Source of the DNA: Oopsacas minuta
Lineage: Eukaryota; Animalia; Porifera
NCBI GenBank assembly: GCA_024704765.1
Contig: JAKMXF010000332.1
Coordinates: forward strand, 1,171,080-1,235,079
Direction: 5' to 3'
DNA: 64,000 bases
The notes beneath the pieces were generated by a model, which made no database searches, was not told the origin of the DNA, and saw only the letters and a list, made by a program, of their open reading frames with translations. Within the stretch, counting starts at the first letter, position 1, and each line of letters opens with the position of its first letter. Both the position numbers and the translations under genes were made by a program. Below are positions 1-12,849 of this stretch, piece by piece.

Positions 1-66
1 GATAAGCTTCCTTTTCTTGGCACTAAAGAGTAAAACGAAGAATTAGATTGTATGTATATAGAAATT

Positions 67-1738
67 TTAATTTATCAAGAATATGATTTTAAACAATACA
101 TATCTCAAGTAACCGTACAAAGTATTTCTAGACATGGTCATCAACTCGCTATAATCATATAACAAACTGTAATGAACAAAGTACTTGTTGATGTTTAACA
201 GTAAACTGTTCTGTCCTTCGAAGACTGCCAGCAATTGCAAGGTCCACTGCATCTTGAACTGTAAACTATATACGTATAATATAATTACTGAGTTACCAAG
301 CACAGGCAAATTTAAGGAGGGGGTAAATTGGGACGAGTTCATTGCAATCGAATGAACAATCTTATTTGTAGACCAAATATTTATTGAAATTCCTTTATAA
401 TTGAAAGACTTGTTTTCAACGGCTAAATACGTAGGATAACCCATCATACTAAATTAATATTGCGACCGAGCGAATGGTTCATTGATGATAAATATATACC
501 TTTGTAATCTTTGAATTCATTAATATCATTTTCTAAATTGATAACTATTCCAACCTTCTCTAGTTTAAGCTTCTCCTCTTCATTGAATTTGAAACCATAG
601 TCACAAAATTCCTTTTCAGGATACATATTTAAAGGTAAATTGATGCCATGGCAGAGCTGATGGTTGTAAATTGCTATTTGGCTTTCATCTAGATTGAATG
701 GTATTGCTCCTGTTGATATCGTGTTATATTCAAACTTTTTTTGTGTATTTGATCCAGTATTTTCGAGAATATTATGGAGTCTAGAATGTTGTTTGCACTT
801 TGAAGAACAAGGACAACATAACCACCTATCATTATTTAATTGGAAGTTGTGAAAAGTATCATCTGTCAACAGAAAGATATCGTTAGGACTTGGGAAATAA
901 CATATTATGTCTTCTAGAATGTTTGCTTCACAAACTTGCAAACAATCATTTTGTGAACAGAGTTCAAATGCTTGATAATGAGAACAAGTATCACTATAAC
1001 AATTTGCGCATAGATTGCTGCTTGTTTCAATTATGATTCTCCTTTTGTTTAGTACAACGGTTCCTTGAAATACATAATGTTTAGTTTTGGTAGTGAGAAT
1101 AGTAAATGTACAGTAGACTCCGATTAATAGGGTCACTTGGGACCAGGCCATTTGACCCGATTAACCGAAATAAATGTGTTGGGCCCTACGAACCGGAGCA
1201 GAGAGACAAACATGCAAACAGACAACAATAATAGTGATAATAACGTATATTTACCTTGTGAGTGATCATAATCTGCAATTATAACATATTCACTATCCTC
1301 TAACTTATATATGTGAGACTTCAATATCAATAGTTTTACATACTGGTCAATTATAGGCATTTCTACTTGTTTCATTTCTGGTTCTGAGAAGCAATCAGGT
1401 TGACACTGACTATGCGAAAATTATATTGAATCAACAAGTAACTAAAGTTTGCTTGAAAGCATAAGGAATTAAGAATATAATTATCACCTGGTTTTGACCA
1501 TGTTGGTACATCTGATTCTATCAATTTAAATGATCCACCTTCTGATAGGCACACTTTATCGGTGTCTAATGTGATGAAGCTGATATCTTCTTTCTCCGAA
1601 ATTTTTCGCTTTTGTGTATGTATTATCAGATCCAGTTTGTGAAGTTACCTTTTCAGCCATTTCCAAAATGAAATTATCTAACAAATGGTATAAACTTATA
1701 TATCTACTTCTATCATTATAAATGCACCAGTATTCCAA
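67..1738 (-). pseudogene. Fragmented multi-exon gene of unknown family with a Cys-rich segment
   Basis: Five consecutive minus-strand ORF pieces (1556-1738, 1372-1554, 1133-1375, 444-1151, 67-447) linked by frameshifts and plausible introns (donor CACAAG|gtaaat near 1254). Cys-rich stretch CANCYSDTCSHY...CSQNDCLQVC...CCPCSSKC. No family recognised. Confidence 0.45.
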
Positions 1739-2213
1739 TTACCACTTCTCGTAATGTAGTTTCGAAACTTATCTAATCACATTCGATTCAGCAGTTTGGG
1801 TAACTATGGTTGAAATGATAACGCATATCTATAAATATGACTTACCAATAATCCTAATGTAGCGGATGTGCTACTCAAATACAGCGCATGCGCTACTCAC
1901 TTTTAAATACCTCAAATAACAACAATTTTCACACGTAAGGAAGCAAATTCATCCCAAAATACGAATCGACAATTGAATGAGTTTTACATATACACTAACC
2001 GGACTAAAGCACCACCGGCACAAAACTAAATATACAACTCTAAATCCTGGAAATACGACGAATATTTGAATATTCCTACGATGATATACCTGAAAGTAGT
2101 AGCGTAGCCAAACCCGGGTATCAGCCTTGAGCCGGGGTTTATCTAGCATTTCTAGTGTGTCACTATTTTACGGGTTTACAATTTTTAAGGCAGCCTGACA
2201 AGGATAAACACAA

Positions 2214-2302
2214 TATAGTGCAACCCCGATTATCCAAACTACCAGCGACTGGACAAAGGTGTTCGTAAAACTGAAAGTTTAGATAATCTAGGCTGTACTG
2301 TA
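2214..2302. mobile_element. ~90-bp pogo/Tigger-like MITE
   Basis: Imperfect terminal inverted repeats tatagtgcaaccccgattatccaaact / agtttagataatctaggctgtactgta, with TA at both flanks. Confidence 0.6.
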
Positions 2303-2473
2303 TATTCGGGAACAGCAAGTCTGGACAGAACCCTCATTTTATATGCTTAACACATCTTATTAGTATGTTATTACTCAACCAATACATTAACACATATATT
2401 CGGGTGATACTACTTTCGGAGTGAGAACTAACCAACGGATTATACCTTATTCATCGACTCGACTTCTTCTCTT

Positions 2474-3337
2474 TTGGCATCACACGGTGGCGCCCAGAAA
2501 CCCACTCATGAAAAGGGGACGTTAATTGGTGAAGAGCGTCTCAAATCATTACTCAATTCTAAAGCTATTGTTGTCGGCGAATCTGAATCAATTATTAATG
2601 AAGATGAGGATCACGATCCTAGAGCCTCAAGTCACGATATTAAACCTCCTCCGAGTAAAGTCTTAAGGACTTCATTACTGGCGCAATACCCCTGACTTTT
2701 TTACAAGGAGATAGGTATTTCTGTAAGAATTATTCAGTTAATACTAAGCTTCTTATAACACTTACCAATGATGTGCTTTTCGTTAACTGCGGTGTGGCTA
2801 GGAATAAGCAGCCTGGCAGAAAGCAGGCAAGCAATGTACTTCTACAATTCACATGCAAAGCATGGATTTGGAAAAATCATGAGTGGGGCGTCTCAGTCAA
2901 TAGTTGATCAGCTAACCAACAGAGCTCTTTACAATGCCAAAACGAGAGAAAAGGATGCTGAAACTTTCGTAAAAAAGTACATGAAGGTTGCTTTGTCCTT
3001 GTTTGTAGAAGAAATCTCCCACACAACGAAGTTTGAGAAAGTACTTGATTTAATATGTTCGATGGAGTCTGATATGTGCCATTTTGCCAAGACCAGAGAC
3101 AAAATGCTACTTACTAGAATTGGGGGAGATGACAAAAGAAATTCGTTGACCATAGGACATTTGCAACAACTCATGAGAATTAGCCAGCAAGGCCCTGAGC
3201 TACCAGCAATCAGTAACATTACCTGGCCTTTTGCTTTATGTGAAACTGGGAGTTGGAATAATCAAGAATTTCTAATCAATCGATTTATTGACAAAGTTTA
3301 TCGCAAATTGTTAGATAGTCCAAGACGTATAGTCTGA
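2474..3337 (+). pseudogene. C-terminal fragment of a hAT (ZNF862/C17orf113-like) transposase
   Basis: RNSLTIGHLQQLMRISQQGPEL resembles the hAT dimerisation motif RNRLxxxxLxxLMxIxxxGP near the C-terminus. No catalytic core or termini found. Confidence 0.55.
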
Positions 3338-3898
3338 ATTTTGTCTCTAGCAACTCTTAGCAAACTATACTATTTTCTATACTCAGTATATTGACCAGTA
3401 TAATTAATTCTTAGTGATAATTTGTATTTATACCCACTGGCACCATTATACAGCCTGCACCTTGGGTTCTGATTAGTTGGCGAACTGGTACCTAAATAAA
3501 CCCCTGGCCTTGAGTTATTCTTGCTCAGCTTACGAAATGTCATGCACCTATCAATGGTTGTCCCCTGGTCCCCCAGTCCGTGCTATAGATTGTGATTTAT
3601 AGAGGAATTGATAATAATTTACTCATGTGTGGGACATTTGACATTTGGACTTGTAAATATAATCACTAATTTTGTCAACTATAGTAGTCTAGTTCCATAA
3701 GTATTCAAACTGTGCTTTGACAAACATTAACTTAGTAGCAACTGCCACACTAGACTGAGAAACGGTCACAGAGTATTCTTTTTTCTCAAAACTTTAGCCC
3801 TACAAACACTTAGATCCCTTAGATCTTGGACCATGGAAGCTGGCCCCGCGCATCACAAAAGATTTGGCTACGCCACGCCTGAAAGAACTATTTGGCTA

Positions 3899-4350
3899 TG
3901 TTAGTTAACATTGTCCTGACTAAATCGATGAATATTTTTCTCATTAGATATTCTATAGGTACACTTTGTTCATTAAATAGATAATGAGCTAATTACATAT
4001 TCAATTCCAAATTACACTAAATTCTAATGAGATTGAACAATTCTGATAACTTATTTTATTCTACGGGTGTATTTGGCCCAGAATGACAATTTTGAATTGT
4101 TTAGAACAAATGGTGTTGACTTAATAGCTTCCATATCTAGCAGAAGTGGCACATATCAAATATGTTTGGGCCACTTGGTTTGTAAATAAATTTTGGCACA
4201 AACATGTTAAAGTCAGATAAGAGAATTTTTCAATGATCCTCATACTGTATTCCATTCTGGTGCCAATATTCTAGTGATATGCCACTTCTTCCCCTTGTGG
4301 CACGAATAAAAAATACATTTTTGTCAATTAGGTTTGCTCTCATACCAAAA
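3899..4350. repeat. Partial copy of a dispersed long-TIR non-autonomous element (fuller copy at 34490-35136)
   Basis: gttaacattgtcctgactaaatcgatgaatatttttctcattag... and tgccaatattctagtgat... blocks are shared with 34490-34940. Confidence 0.7.
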
Positions 4351-4388
4351 GGTACAATAACAAGCCTCTCCAGCAGACACATACCTAC

Positions 4389-4489
4389 CCTATAAATACT
4401 CGGAATTTCATTCACTAACTCAGATGGAGCAGCATGTAAACTCTCGCCACCTTGACCAAATTCAATAATAGCTCTGCTATAACCTTTAC
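4389..4489 (-). CDS. Isolated candidate host exon (GKGYSRAIIEFGQGGESLHAAPSELVNEIPSIYR)
   Basis: Open frame bounded by a tatag acceptor (4491-4490) and a gtaggt donor (4388-4383). Product unknown. Confidence 0.45.
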
Positions 4490-5765
4490 CTATATATATA
4501 TATATTTCTAAAGATAAGTAACTGCAGTCATTGTAGAGCAAATCTTGACGTTATTATGAGCATTATACTTAAGCAATAGGACAGAACTGTATGGTATTAT
4601 CCACCTGTCAGTAATACTCGCCCACATTAACAGCACGGCCGTCGTCACGACGAAGATATACAGGGTACCCGTCCTCAATAGTTGTAATAACTGGTGAAAG
4701 TGGCTATGGAAATTTTTTAGAGCACCTTCCGCCACATTAACAAGGTGCCGTGGACTAACCATCGGGTGGTATAAATAGTACTCGTGGTGACATTTCCCTT
4801 CCCATTTTTGTGAGTGTATTATCTAGATCAGTGGTTCTCAAACTAGGGTACGCCAGCGCTTTTCCTGGGAGTACACCGGTGTTTCACCTAATGATATCAA
4901 TTCTGTAATAATCATATACAAATATTTCGAGTTCCACTCCATCATGTCAACAGACCCAGCACATAGAAAGTAATTTCATGCCAAATAATTAAAATCTATC
5001 AGTTGCAATGGTTTCATCACTAATTATAAGTTATTACCTTTGAATATATATTGTTTGAGGTTATGCTAATTAAGGATTCCAATGTCCGTACATATGTGTC
5101 AACTCATATTGATTTGAATATCACACCCACCCGTGTATCGTATTGTTCTGATAAAATGGAATTGGAAGAGTATTTCTTTGAGACCCTGACTTTATTACCA
5201 AATTCATATGGAATCTGCTAAGAAACGGAAATATTATGAAGATTATATCAAATATGGATTTACATCCATACTTAAAGAAGGACTAGAACTACCACAATAT
5301 GTGATATGTTATAAGGTGCTATCTGAGGGCTACATGAACCAAGCTTTCTAAAACGTCATTTAAGCGGGTGCCACCCAATTCTTGCATATAAGGATGTAGA
5401 TTTCTTCATGCACCAAGAGGTAGGAGTAAAGCGAATCCTTCTAGGTCACAGAGGACAATTCAGTCAACAGACTCAAGCAGGTCTTGGTGCCTCGTACATG
5501 GTGGCTTAGCGAATCGCTCAAGATAAGAAACCATAAACGATTGCAGAAAATCTTATACTCCCCTGTAGCAAGGACATCGTGCACGGCATTTTGGGGGATA
5601 GCGCCGAAAAGAAACTCGCCTCTCTGCCCCTCTCGAACGACACAATTAAGCGCCGAATTACAGATATGGCAAATGACGTTGAGCAGCAGGTAGTTTCTGA
5701 GATTTTGGGAGCCCCGTTGAACAAGTTTTCAATTCAGCTTGATGAGTCAACGGACGTTTCTAGTA

Positions 5766-7098
5766 CGGGTGTTCAATAAGTTCTGATCACTACCCCCAAA
5801 AGTATCCAAAAGTATGTTGTACACAAACAATCAGTGTTTAATTTTTCGAAATACTCCCCACCATTATTTATACAGCGTTGAAGACGCTCCAACTATTGTA
5901 CAAAAATATTTTTATAGTCTTCCGGCGGTATCCGTTTGAGATACTGGAAAATCGCCGATCCCAGTTCTGCGCTGTTGCTTAAATGACGACCAGAGAGGTA
6001 TTCCTTAAGCTTAGGGAAAAGATAGAAATCACATGGAGCTAGATCTGGGCTGTAGGGTGGATGTTCAAGCTCAATCATCCCCATCCTTAAGATTTTTTCT
6101 TTGGCTTGCTTGGTTTAGTGAGGACGGGCATTATCATGAAATAATCTCAACCCTTTGGCACCAGTCCATTTTCTCCTCTTCGACAAGCTTTCTTCCACTG
6201 CACCAAGACAATTACTAGTGTAGAAGCTTCCAGTAACAGTTTGTCCCTTTGGAATAATCACCTGGGCCACTGGGCCATGTGCATCAAAAAATATGCAATA
6301 CATGATCCTCGATGATCTGAAATCTGGACACGGTATCATCGGAGGGTCCGACTGCTTTCCTATCCACACCATATTTGCCTGTTTGGAAAAAGGTGTGTTA
6401 TACTGAACCCATGTCTCATCGCCAGTCACTATCTCAAATAATCTTCCAGGTCACATTCTTTGTAGGATTTAAGGAGATTACGACAACATCTCACCCTTGT
6501 CTCTTTCTGGGCCTTTGTGAGTAAATGTGGGACCCATCTGGCACCAACCTTCGTCAACTTGAGCTGTGATCTTAAAATGTGGTTTACACTTCCCATCGAG
6601 ATGCCAACACTATTAGAAAGTTCCCTGATAGTTATATGTGGGTCTAGGCCTATCAGTTTCTTGATAGCGCACGATTTAATGGGAGATGCAGCCGTAATTG
6701 GTGCTCCAGGCCGAGGGTCATCTTCAATAGACTTTCTTCCCAGCCTGAAACGCTGAGCCCCTCTTCTGACTCCTGCATAAGACAGAGCACCTTTCGTAGT
6801 ATAGACTTGAACCAAATGAAGATGTATCTCGTGTGCAGATTTCCCGAGGAGAGTACGAATCTTGACATAAGCTCTTTGCTCGATTTTAGAACTCTTGCCA
6901 AGTGATGTCATAAAGGTATAGTATAAAAAACACCTGTTATAAAATTTGATATAACTTGTTGAGTTTTTAAGCGATAATGAAAAAATCAATACTAGCTTGT
7001 AGACAGAGGATTAAGTATTCATATTCAAATATGAATATATTATTGTTGTGTTGTAAATCCCCACAGTAACACAGTTATCAGAATTTATTGAACGCCCG
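5766..7098 (-). mobile_element. mariner (DD34D) transposon nested in the hAT transposase
   Basis: TIRs CGGGTGTTCAATAAGTTCTGAT / ATCAGAATTTATTGAACGCCCG with TA TSD (5764-65, 7099-7100). Inserted just after the hAT DESTDVS motif; the hAT reading continues (CAQLLVFARY) beyond it. Confidence 0.95.
5893..6989 (-). pseudogene. mariner transposase with frameshifts
   Basis: WVPHLL, TGDETW, HDNARPH and YSPDLAPCDFYLF in three ORF pieces. Confidence 0.9.
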
Positions 7099-8592
7099 TA
7101 GTAGATGTGCACAACTACTGGTATTTGCACGGTACCTCAAAGACGGGGACTTCAAGAAAGAGTTCCTATTTTTCCATTGCTTGGAACACAACTACAAAAG
7201 GAAATGTCTTCCAGCAGGTGTCTGATTACTTTGATAGGACGGGACTATCCTGGAAGAATGTTTCTGCTTGCACAACAGATGGTGCTCCTGCTATGCTTGG
7301 AATTCATTCGGGATTTCGAGCTCGGGTAAAGACAGTGAATCCCGTTTCGAAACACAATCATTGTATGATACGCCGATACGCTTTTGCGGTTAAAACACTT
7401 CCATCCGATCTAAAACTTGTTCTTGATGATGTTGTCACCATGGTCAATTTTATCAAGTCCAGTGCTCTGAATGCACATGCGTCCCACCTATTGTGCCAAT
7501 AATTAGATACTGACTATCAGAATTTGCTGTTCTATACTGAAGTTCGTTGGCTCTCATGATGGAACATGCTCTATCAAGTATATTCACAGATAAACCAATT
7601 GCTTGAATTCTTTGAACGAGATGGGAAAGAGAAGTCAAATCTATTCCTCGGCAAACTCTCAGACAAAGAATGGCTGAAAAACTCGCCTACTTAAGTGATA
7701 TCTTCTCGCGAATCAACTTGCTCAACAAGTCCCTCCAAGAACGGTTTACAACCGTGATTGATTGTGTGGATAAGATTCCGGCATTTATTATGAAGTTAGA
7801 ACTATGGGAAGCTAATTTAAGCGTAGGAAAGTTCGACTTTTTGAAAGCCTCTCAGCAACTCTTGGAGAAGAGGGTACTACAGATCAGAGTATAGGTGCTC
7901 TGTAAAGGCTCATCTCTCAGCATTGCGAAATGAATTTCAAACTTCCCGGATCTGAGAGATCTGAACATAAAAATGATTCTAAATCCATTTAGATTCGATG
8001 TAAGTTATATACCCGACAGAGTCCAAGAGGAATTTGTTGAATTAGTCAATCATTCAATGACCGAGATCAATTTGAAACACTCGCACTCATAAAGTTCTGG
8101 TGTGAAATGAGCTTGATATATCCCACGTGGCTGATAGAGCAGTAAGAACTTTGTTGATGTTTCCCAGTACTTACCTTCATGAGCAAGGATTTTCAGCACT
8201 ATTACGAATTAAAAACAATTTTCGAGCGCGGTTGTCTGTGGTATCTGATCTCCGTCTGGCCCTTTCAAAAACGGTGCTACAAATTGATAGCCTGATACAT
8301 AACATGTAAGTACATCCTTCCCACTAATTAATTATGTACTTTATTTATATTGATAGATTAAAAAACAATTTTATTTTTGACAACAGGGTAAAAGGGATTG
8401 TAAACCTATTGTTTATAATGCAGGCCATTTTAGAGGGCACATCACACACAAGGTCCTGCTTGTGGGGCACGCAATGAGAAAAAGTTTGATAACCACTGAT
8501 CTAGATGTATATACAGAGTCTTATTATAGAAATGCTATTTGAAGTTAGTAGACTATTCTACTAAGTTCAATTCAGTAACTAATTTAACTCAC

Positions 8593-8654
8593 TTCCGTCC
8601 ATCTTAGTATCATGAAAAATAGGGAAAGAATAGTATCATAATATATTCTCAATC
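8593..8654 (-). CDS. Candidate host micro-exon (GLRIYYDTILSLFFMILRWTE)
   Basis: tttag acceptor and gtgagt donor; 62-nt open frame whose phase matches the exon at 10447-10498. Confidence 0.4.
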
Positions 8655-10446
8655 CTAAATAATGGTAGTTTTCCAACACCGTAATGTACACTTCCATATA
8701 TAATGGAATAATTCATGAATGGCGATTTGAAACAATGTGTATTGTTTAGTTTATTTTATTAGAACGTGGATTATTTATCTGAGTAGATCAATATTTGTAG
8801 AAAGATATAGGAGAATTCTTCTATGGTATTAATAATGAGAGAATGATGGATGTCTTCGGCGAGACATACGAATTGACGATAGGTTCTATGACTAAATGAA
8901 TCATCCTCAAATACATACTACGTACAATGAATAGTAAAAGTTATTTTTGAAATTTTAAGAAAATTCCAAAAATGAAACTAGTAAATCTATTAATTCATAT
9001 ATTATAAGAGGTGATAAATATAATGCTACGCCAATAGATCTAAGCTGAAGAAAATATACCAAGAGCTAAGAACAATTTAAATGATTTTCTTCATAGAAAA
9101 CGAAATGATTTCTACTGATAGTCACATCAATTTATCATATCGACAAACCACAGTTATCAAAGAGAGATAATCTTAATTAATATCACATTTTCTTCGAGGA
9201 AATTGTTTCGAGTTATTATAGCAGCAAAGCGATGAAGAAGAGGCATACAGGTTCAGATACTGATGAAGAAATGAGATGCCGAGAAGATCTCATTAATGGT
9301 AAGTGGACATTGTATTTATATAGCTATACTAACACTCGTCCCCAATACTCAGTCAGGAAAATTTACCTTTCTATTTCTCATTTAGAGTTAGCCTGTTTGG
9401 AAAATAGAACAATGGAATGCAATGTATAGTTGCAGACTAAATTTCTCTTCCATTACATACATATAAAACATTCTAAGAAACCAATACACTCATTGGACCT
9501 TCTCTAATTCGTTTCCACCCAATATAACTACAGTCTACTACGAAATCCGAGTTGACAAATGTTTTGATTCATGAGGTGATGCAGTGGGACACACAAAATT
9601 ACTCTATTTTAACTCTTTTGGTAGCAACCAACCCCTGGAGGGCTAAATTGCCTGACAACCCTCACAGTTATGCAATTATGCTGTAGAAGGTATTTGATAA
9701 TCTTTCCTTTGTGTGCTTAAATATTATATGTGTGTATTTGAAGATTATATAGCAAAGGAGTCATCAAAGGATTATGTACTGAGGTATACAACTTTAGTAT
9801 CAATCCGTTTATGCTCGTCAATAGATGGAATTTACAATTGACTATCCGGATTGTAGTGGTAATTACTTAATATGACGTTTCACAAGTACGAATACTTTCT
9901 TTGGAATGCCTTTTCATCATATGTTGAAATATCTATTGATATTAGGAATTCATACTATCATACTGACAATAATTGTATCATATAGTGATGTTTGTGTGTA
10001 TTATATCAAATAAAAGTTTTTTATCTGGAAATCTACAATTTGAAAACTGCTAGGAAATTGTGTCATTTTATGACGTAAAAAGATGCAGAAATCTCAGCCA
10101 GGCCGTCATCATTTTCAATCTGAGAGAGCTTCGCCCTCTCAGATTGATGGAAATTATTCGCAAAAGTAACTCTTGTAGCGAATTTATTCGAGAAAGTCCT
10201 GTTTGAATAAAATAACAAAGAGCATTGAAATCCACGCATTTAGCAATTTAGAAACAAAATTAATATCAATTTGTAATTTTACGTAAAAATCAAATTGCTG
10301 AAATCTCTTCCAGTATTCCCTTGTTTGAAGGCAATTTAGTCAACAGGTTTTTCGTTTTCAAATAATGTTGGATTATGTATATTATTTTACCTCTATAATT
10401 TGGCAACATCCCATCCTCAAAATGTGCCCTAAACACAGCGAGTGAC

Positions 10447-10498
10447 CCTCTTTCAACTCCACTTGGCCTTGGAGTCCTAGTAATTGCTCAACATAAAT
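10447..10498 (-). CDS. Candidate host micro-exon (IYVEQLLGLQGQVELKE)
   Basis: tatag acceptor and a weak gtcact donor; ends in phase 1. Confidence 0.3.
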
Positions 10499-11920
10499 CT
10501 ATATGGTCATTAAATACGCATTTATTCAAAAGTGTTTAGTTGAGCTATCATAAAATTTCCCTGTACATAGGGCATTTTACGATCCTTATTTAACCGATCT
10601 AGATCCCGATCCCGATCCCGATCCTGGCTGAAATTATGATCGGCGTTTCAGATTCAGATCCAGATCCTAAATACTAACAGGATTTACGATCAGATTACTA
10701 TCCAATTTACGATCCTCAAATTGAGGATCCATCCTCGAAATACAGTTGAATCAGTCAACTCCGCATAATCGGGACACATCGGTTCAGCCCTTTTGTATAT
10801 ATATTCCATAATAGCATGGATATTAATAGTTACTCCATTACCAAGTATTTATGGTGTACACTGAACTTAAAATGAATTCTTGATACTCCTTATTATAAAG
10901 TTTCATCAATTTATAGGTCTGATGAATATTTAGCTAAAATATGAATATGATATATTATTGACCCATAGATATTTATGAGAAACATTTACCTGTGATTACG
11001 TCATAGTTAAATTTACAGATATGATAGGGAAAAGTTGATATTTTGGGAATCTACAGTGTCGATTTCCTACATATGACAACTACATTTATGATGCTTAGTT
11101 TTCATGTTAAGCCTATTTCTCCATAAATACCATTTTGGACATTGTAAGGTTATTAATCCGAACAGTTCCAATCCCGGGATTCCTGGATTAGGCAAACTTA
11201 AATCCCGGTCACACATTACAATGCAAATATTATTATTATCCAATATTTTAGGTTATTGATTGTACACTAAGTCTAAACAATAGATAAGATATTGTATTAA
11301 ATAGATTTTATGCAACTTTTGTAATTTATTCAAATATTCCGGACAGCGTAGCATATGTAAAAGAAATTATTTTATATTCAAGCAACTGGTTTTGGTATGT
11401 TATATTAATAAACACATAAAAGCATGCGCGGTCGGCTTCAACTTTCTACAGTTGCAAACAGTGGTTTGTGAACTTTTGATAGTAATAAATCAATAATATC
11501 CTTTCATTTTCTAAGTCAAATTCTCCCAGCATATTTTGTATCAAATTCAAACCTGTTTCAGGAGAAACTTTGTTCCTTATTCGTTTTAGCCCTAGGTCCC
11601 CAAATTCCCATTGTCGGAAATGTTGATGTCTGGATATCGTATATTTGAACTGAGGGCCATTGGGAAAATATTACAGATTTAGGCTAGCTTTGGTAATAAT
11701 ATACTTGTACATAGATTAATTAGATTTGTAAATATACATAGTCATTCGGGATCCCGGGATAAAAACCCTAAATTTGTCACACTATTTTCTGCACCATTTA
11801 GGATGTACCTAATATCAATAGTTGGATGCAAGTATTTCTCGCTAGGCCTTTTTGCTAGAATGACTAGACTAAGTCTATCAAAATTAATTGATACATATAC
11901 TCCAAATTATTTCAATAATC

Positions 11921-12298
11921 TTAACTCAAACAATATATTCCATTCGATAAGCTCAACTCTTTTGATTTAACTTTGGTTTCAAGGAGAAGTTCTAATCTCT
12001 TAATTGACAAATATGTGACGTCATTTGAAGAGCATCCTTGAGATAAATTGAGCAGAGAATGTAGTCTGTCTAATTCCATAGAATTAGCTGAAAGTAGGCC
12101 TTTGATGTAAATCCAAGATGATTCAATGGCATCGGGTTTCAAACTGCTCTCTATTTCTGAATCTTCCACTGAATCCAAAGAGGTAAATTGATTACTACTG
12201 CTCCCGAGAGCAGGGGTGAACACATCATTTTCTATTTCTGCAATAATTCCTTGCAACATCCAGTAGTTTAACTTCTTACGGACACGAGAGATCGGAAC
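11921..12298 (-). CDS. ANAPC2: Terminal exon of anaphase-promoting complex subunit 2 (C-terminal winged-helix region)
   Basis: From acceptor aatag|: VPISRVRKKLNYWMLQGII...WIYIKGLLSANSMELDRLHSLL...LLETKVKSKELSLSNGIYCL*. This matches the APC2 C-terminus as recalled (MPVALLRRRMSVWLQQGVL...WxYIQAMLTNLESLSLDRIYNML...KVRDQQLVYSAGVYRL). Upstream exons not found in the window. Confidence 0.8.
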   Translation of the reverse strand, partial: VPISRVRKKLNYWMLQGIIAEIENDVFTPALGSSSNQFTSLDSVEDSEIESSLKPDAIESSWIYIKGLLSANSMELDRLHSLLNLSQGCSSNDVTYLSIKRLELLLETKVKSKELSLSNGIYCLS

Positions 12299-12324
12299 CT
12301 ATTCAAGTATAAGTGAATTAATCA

Positions 12325-12600
12325 GGATCGGCGCCACGGTTGCCATGGAATGAAATTTTGATTCCTATACCCATCCCATTCCCCACAAGAATCCCATAGG
12401 ATTTCCCATAAGATCTCCAGGAGAATTCCCATAGGTAACCCATAGGATTCCCATAGGATTCCCACAGGTTTCGGCATTCCCAATGTAAAAAGGAACACCA
12501 TTTTACGCAATATCCATGGGTATGGTCAAACCTTGCAGGGGGGTAGGCAGGGGCGCAGACAAACCCACGACCACCCACGCCATGGAGTGGGTGGGGGGCG
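12325..12600. repeat. Short interspersed element with CCCATAGGATT tandem units
   Basis: Repeated cccatagga(tt) motifs at 12380-12470; it lies within the intron upstream of the ANAPC2 exon. Confidence 0.6.
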
Positions 12601-12849
12601 AAGGTAACATGGCTTATTTGGTCTGGTTATGAGCGAGTGGATTTGCAAGCGTTACATACAGTTCCCATATCACAGTGGGAAATTTGGGGGAAATAGAGGT
12701 ATTATTCATAGTTTCGAACCAACTTTTCATAATATTTTTGGATTCAACAAACTTTAAAACCAAAGGTAAAACTGCCCGAACCGAATACAGATAATATTCA
12801 GTTTGAGCCAACCGAATACCGAATATTGAACCATTTGGTTGCAACCTTG

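Larger units (their letters stand above)
5208..8327 (+). pseudogene. Decayed Buster-type hAT transposase
   Basis: Motifs FSIQLDESTDVS, CTTDGAPAM, HCMIRR, EVRWLS, LMFPSTYLHEQGFS in several frames, with stops and frameshifts. Confidence 0.9.
4829..8498 (+). mobile_element. hAT transposon, Buster/Charlie (ZBED5/SCAND3-like) type, interrupted by a mariner
   Basis: TIRs CAGTGGTTCTCAAACT / AGTTTGATAACCACTG; perfect 8-bp TSD ATCTAGAT (4821-4828 and 8499-8506) with the central TA typical of Buster. Confidence 0.95.

Noticed and set aside
12318-12578. 86-aa and 62-aa ORFs (GILWESYG repeats)
   Set aside because: These are translations of the CCCATAGG tandem repeat element.
12671-12710. Canonical 12/23 RSS with nonamer ACAAAAACC
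   Set aside because: The heptamer is present, but the sequences 12 and 23 nt downstream (GAAATAGAG, ATTATTCAT) are not the nonamer; only a family-specific second block exists.
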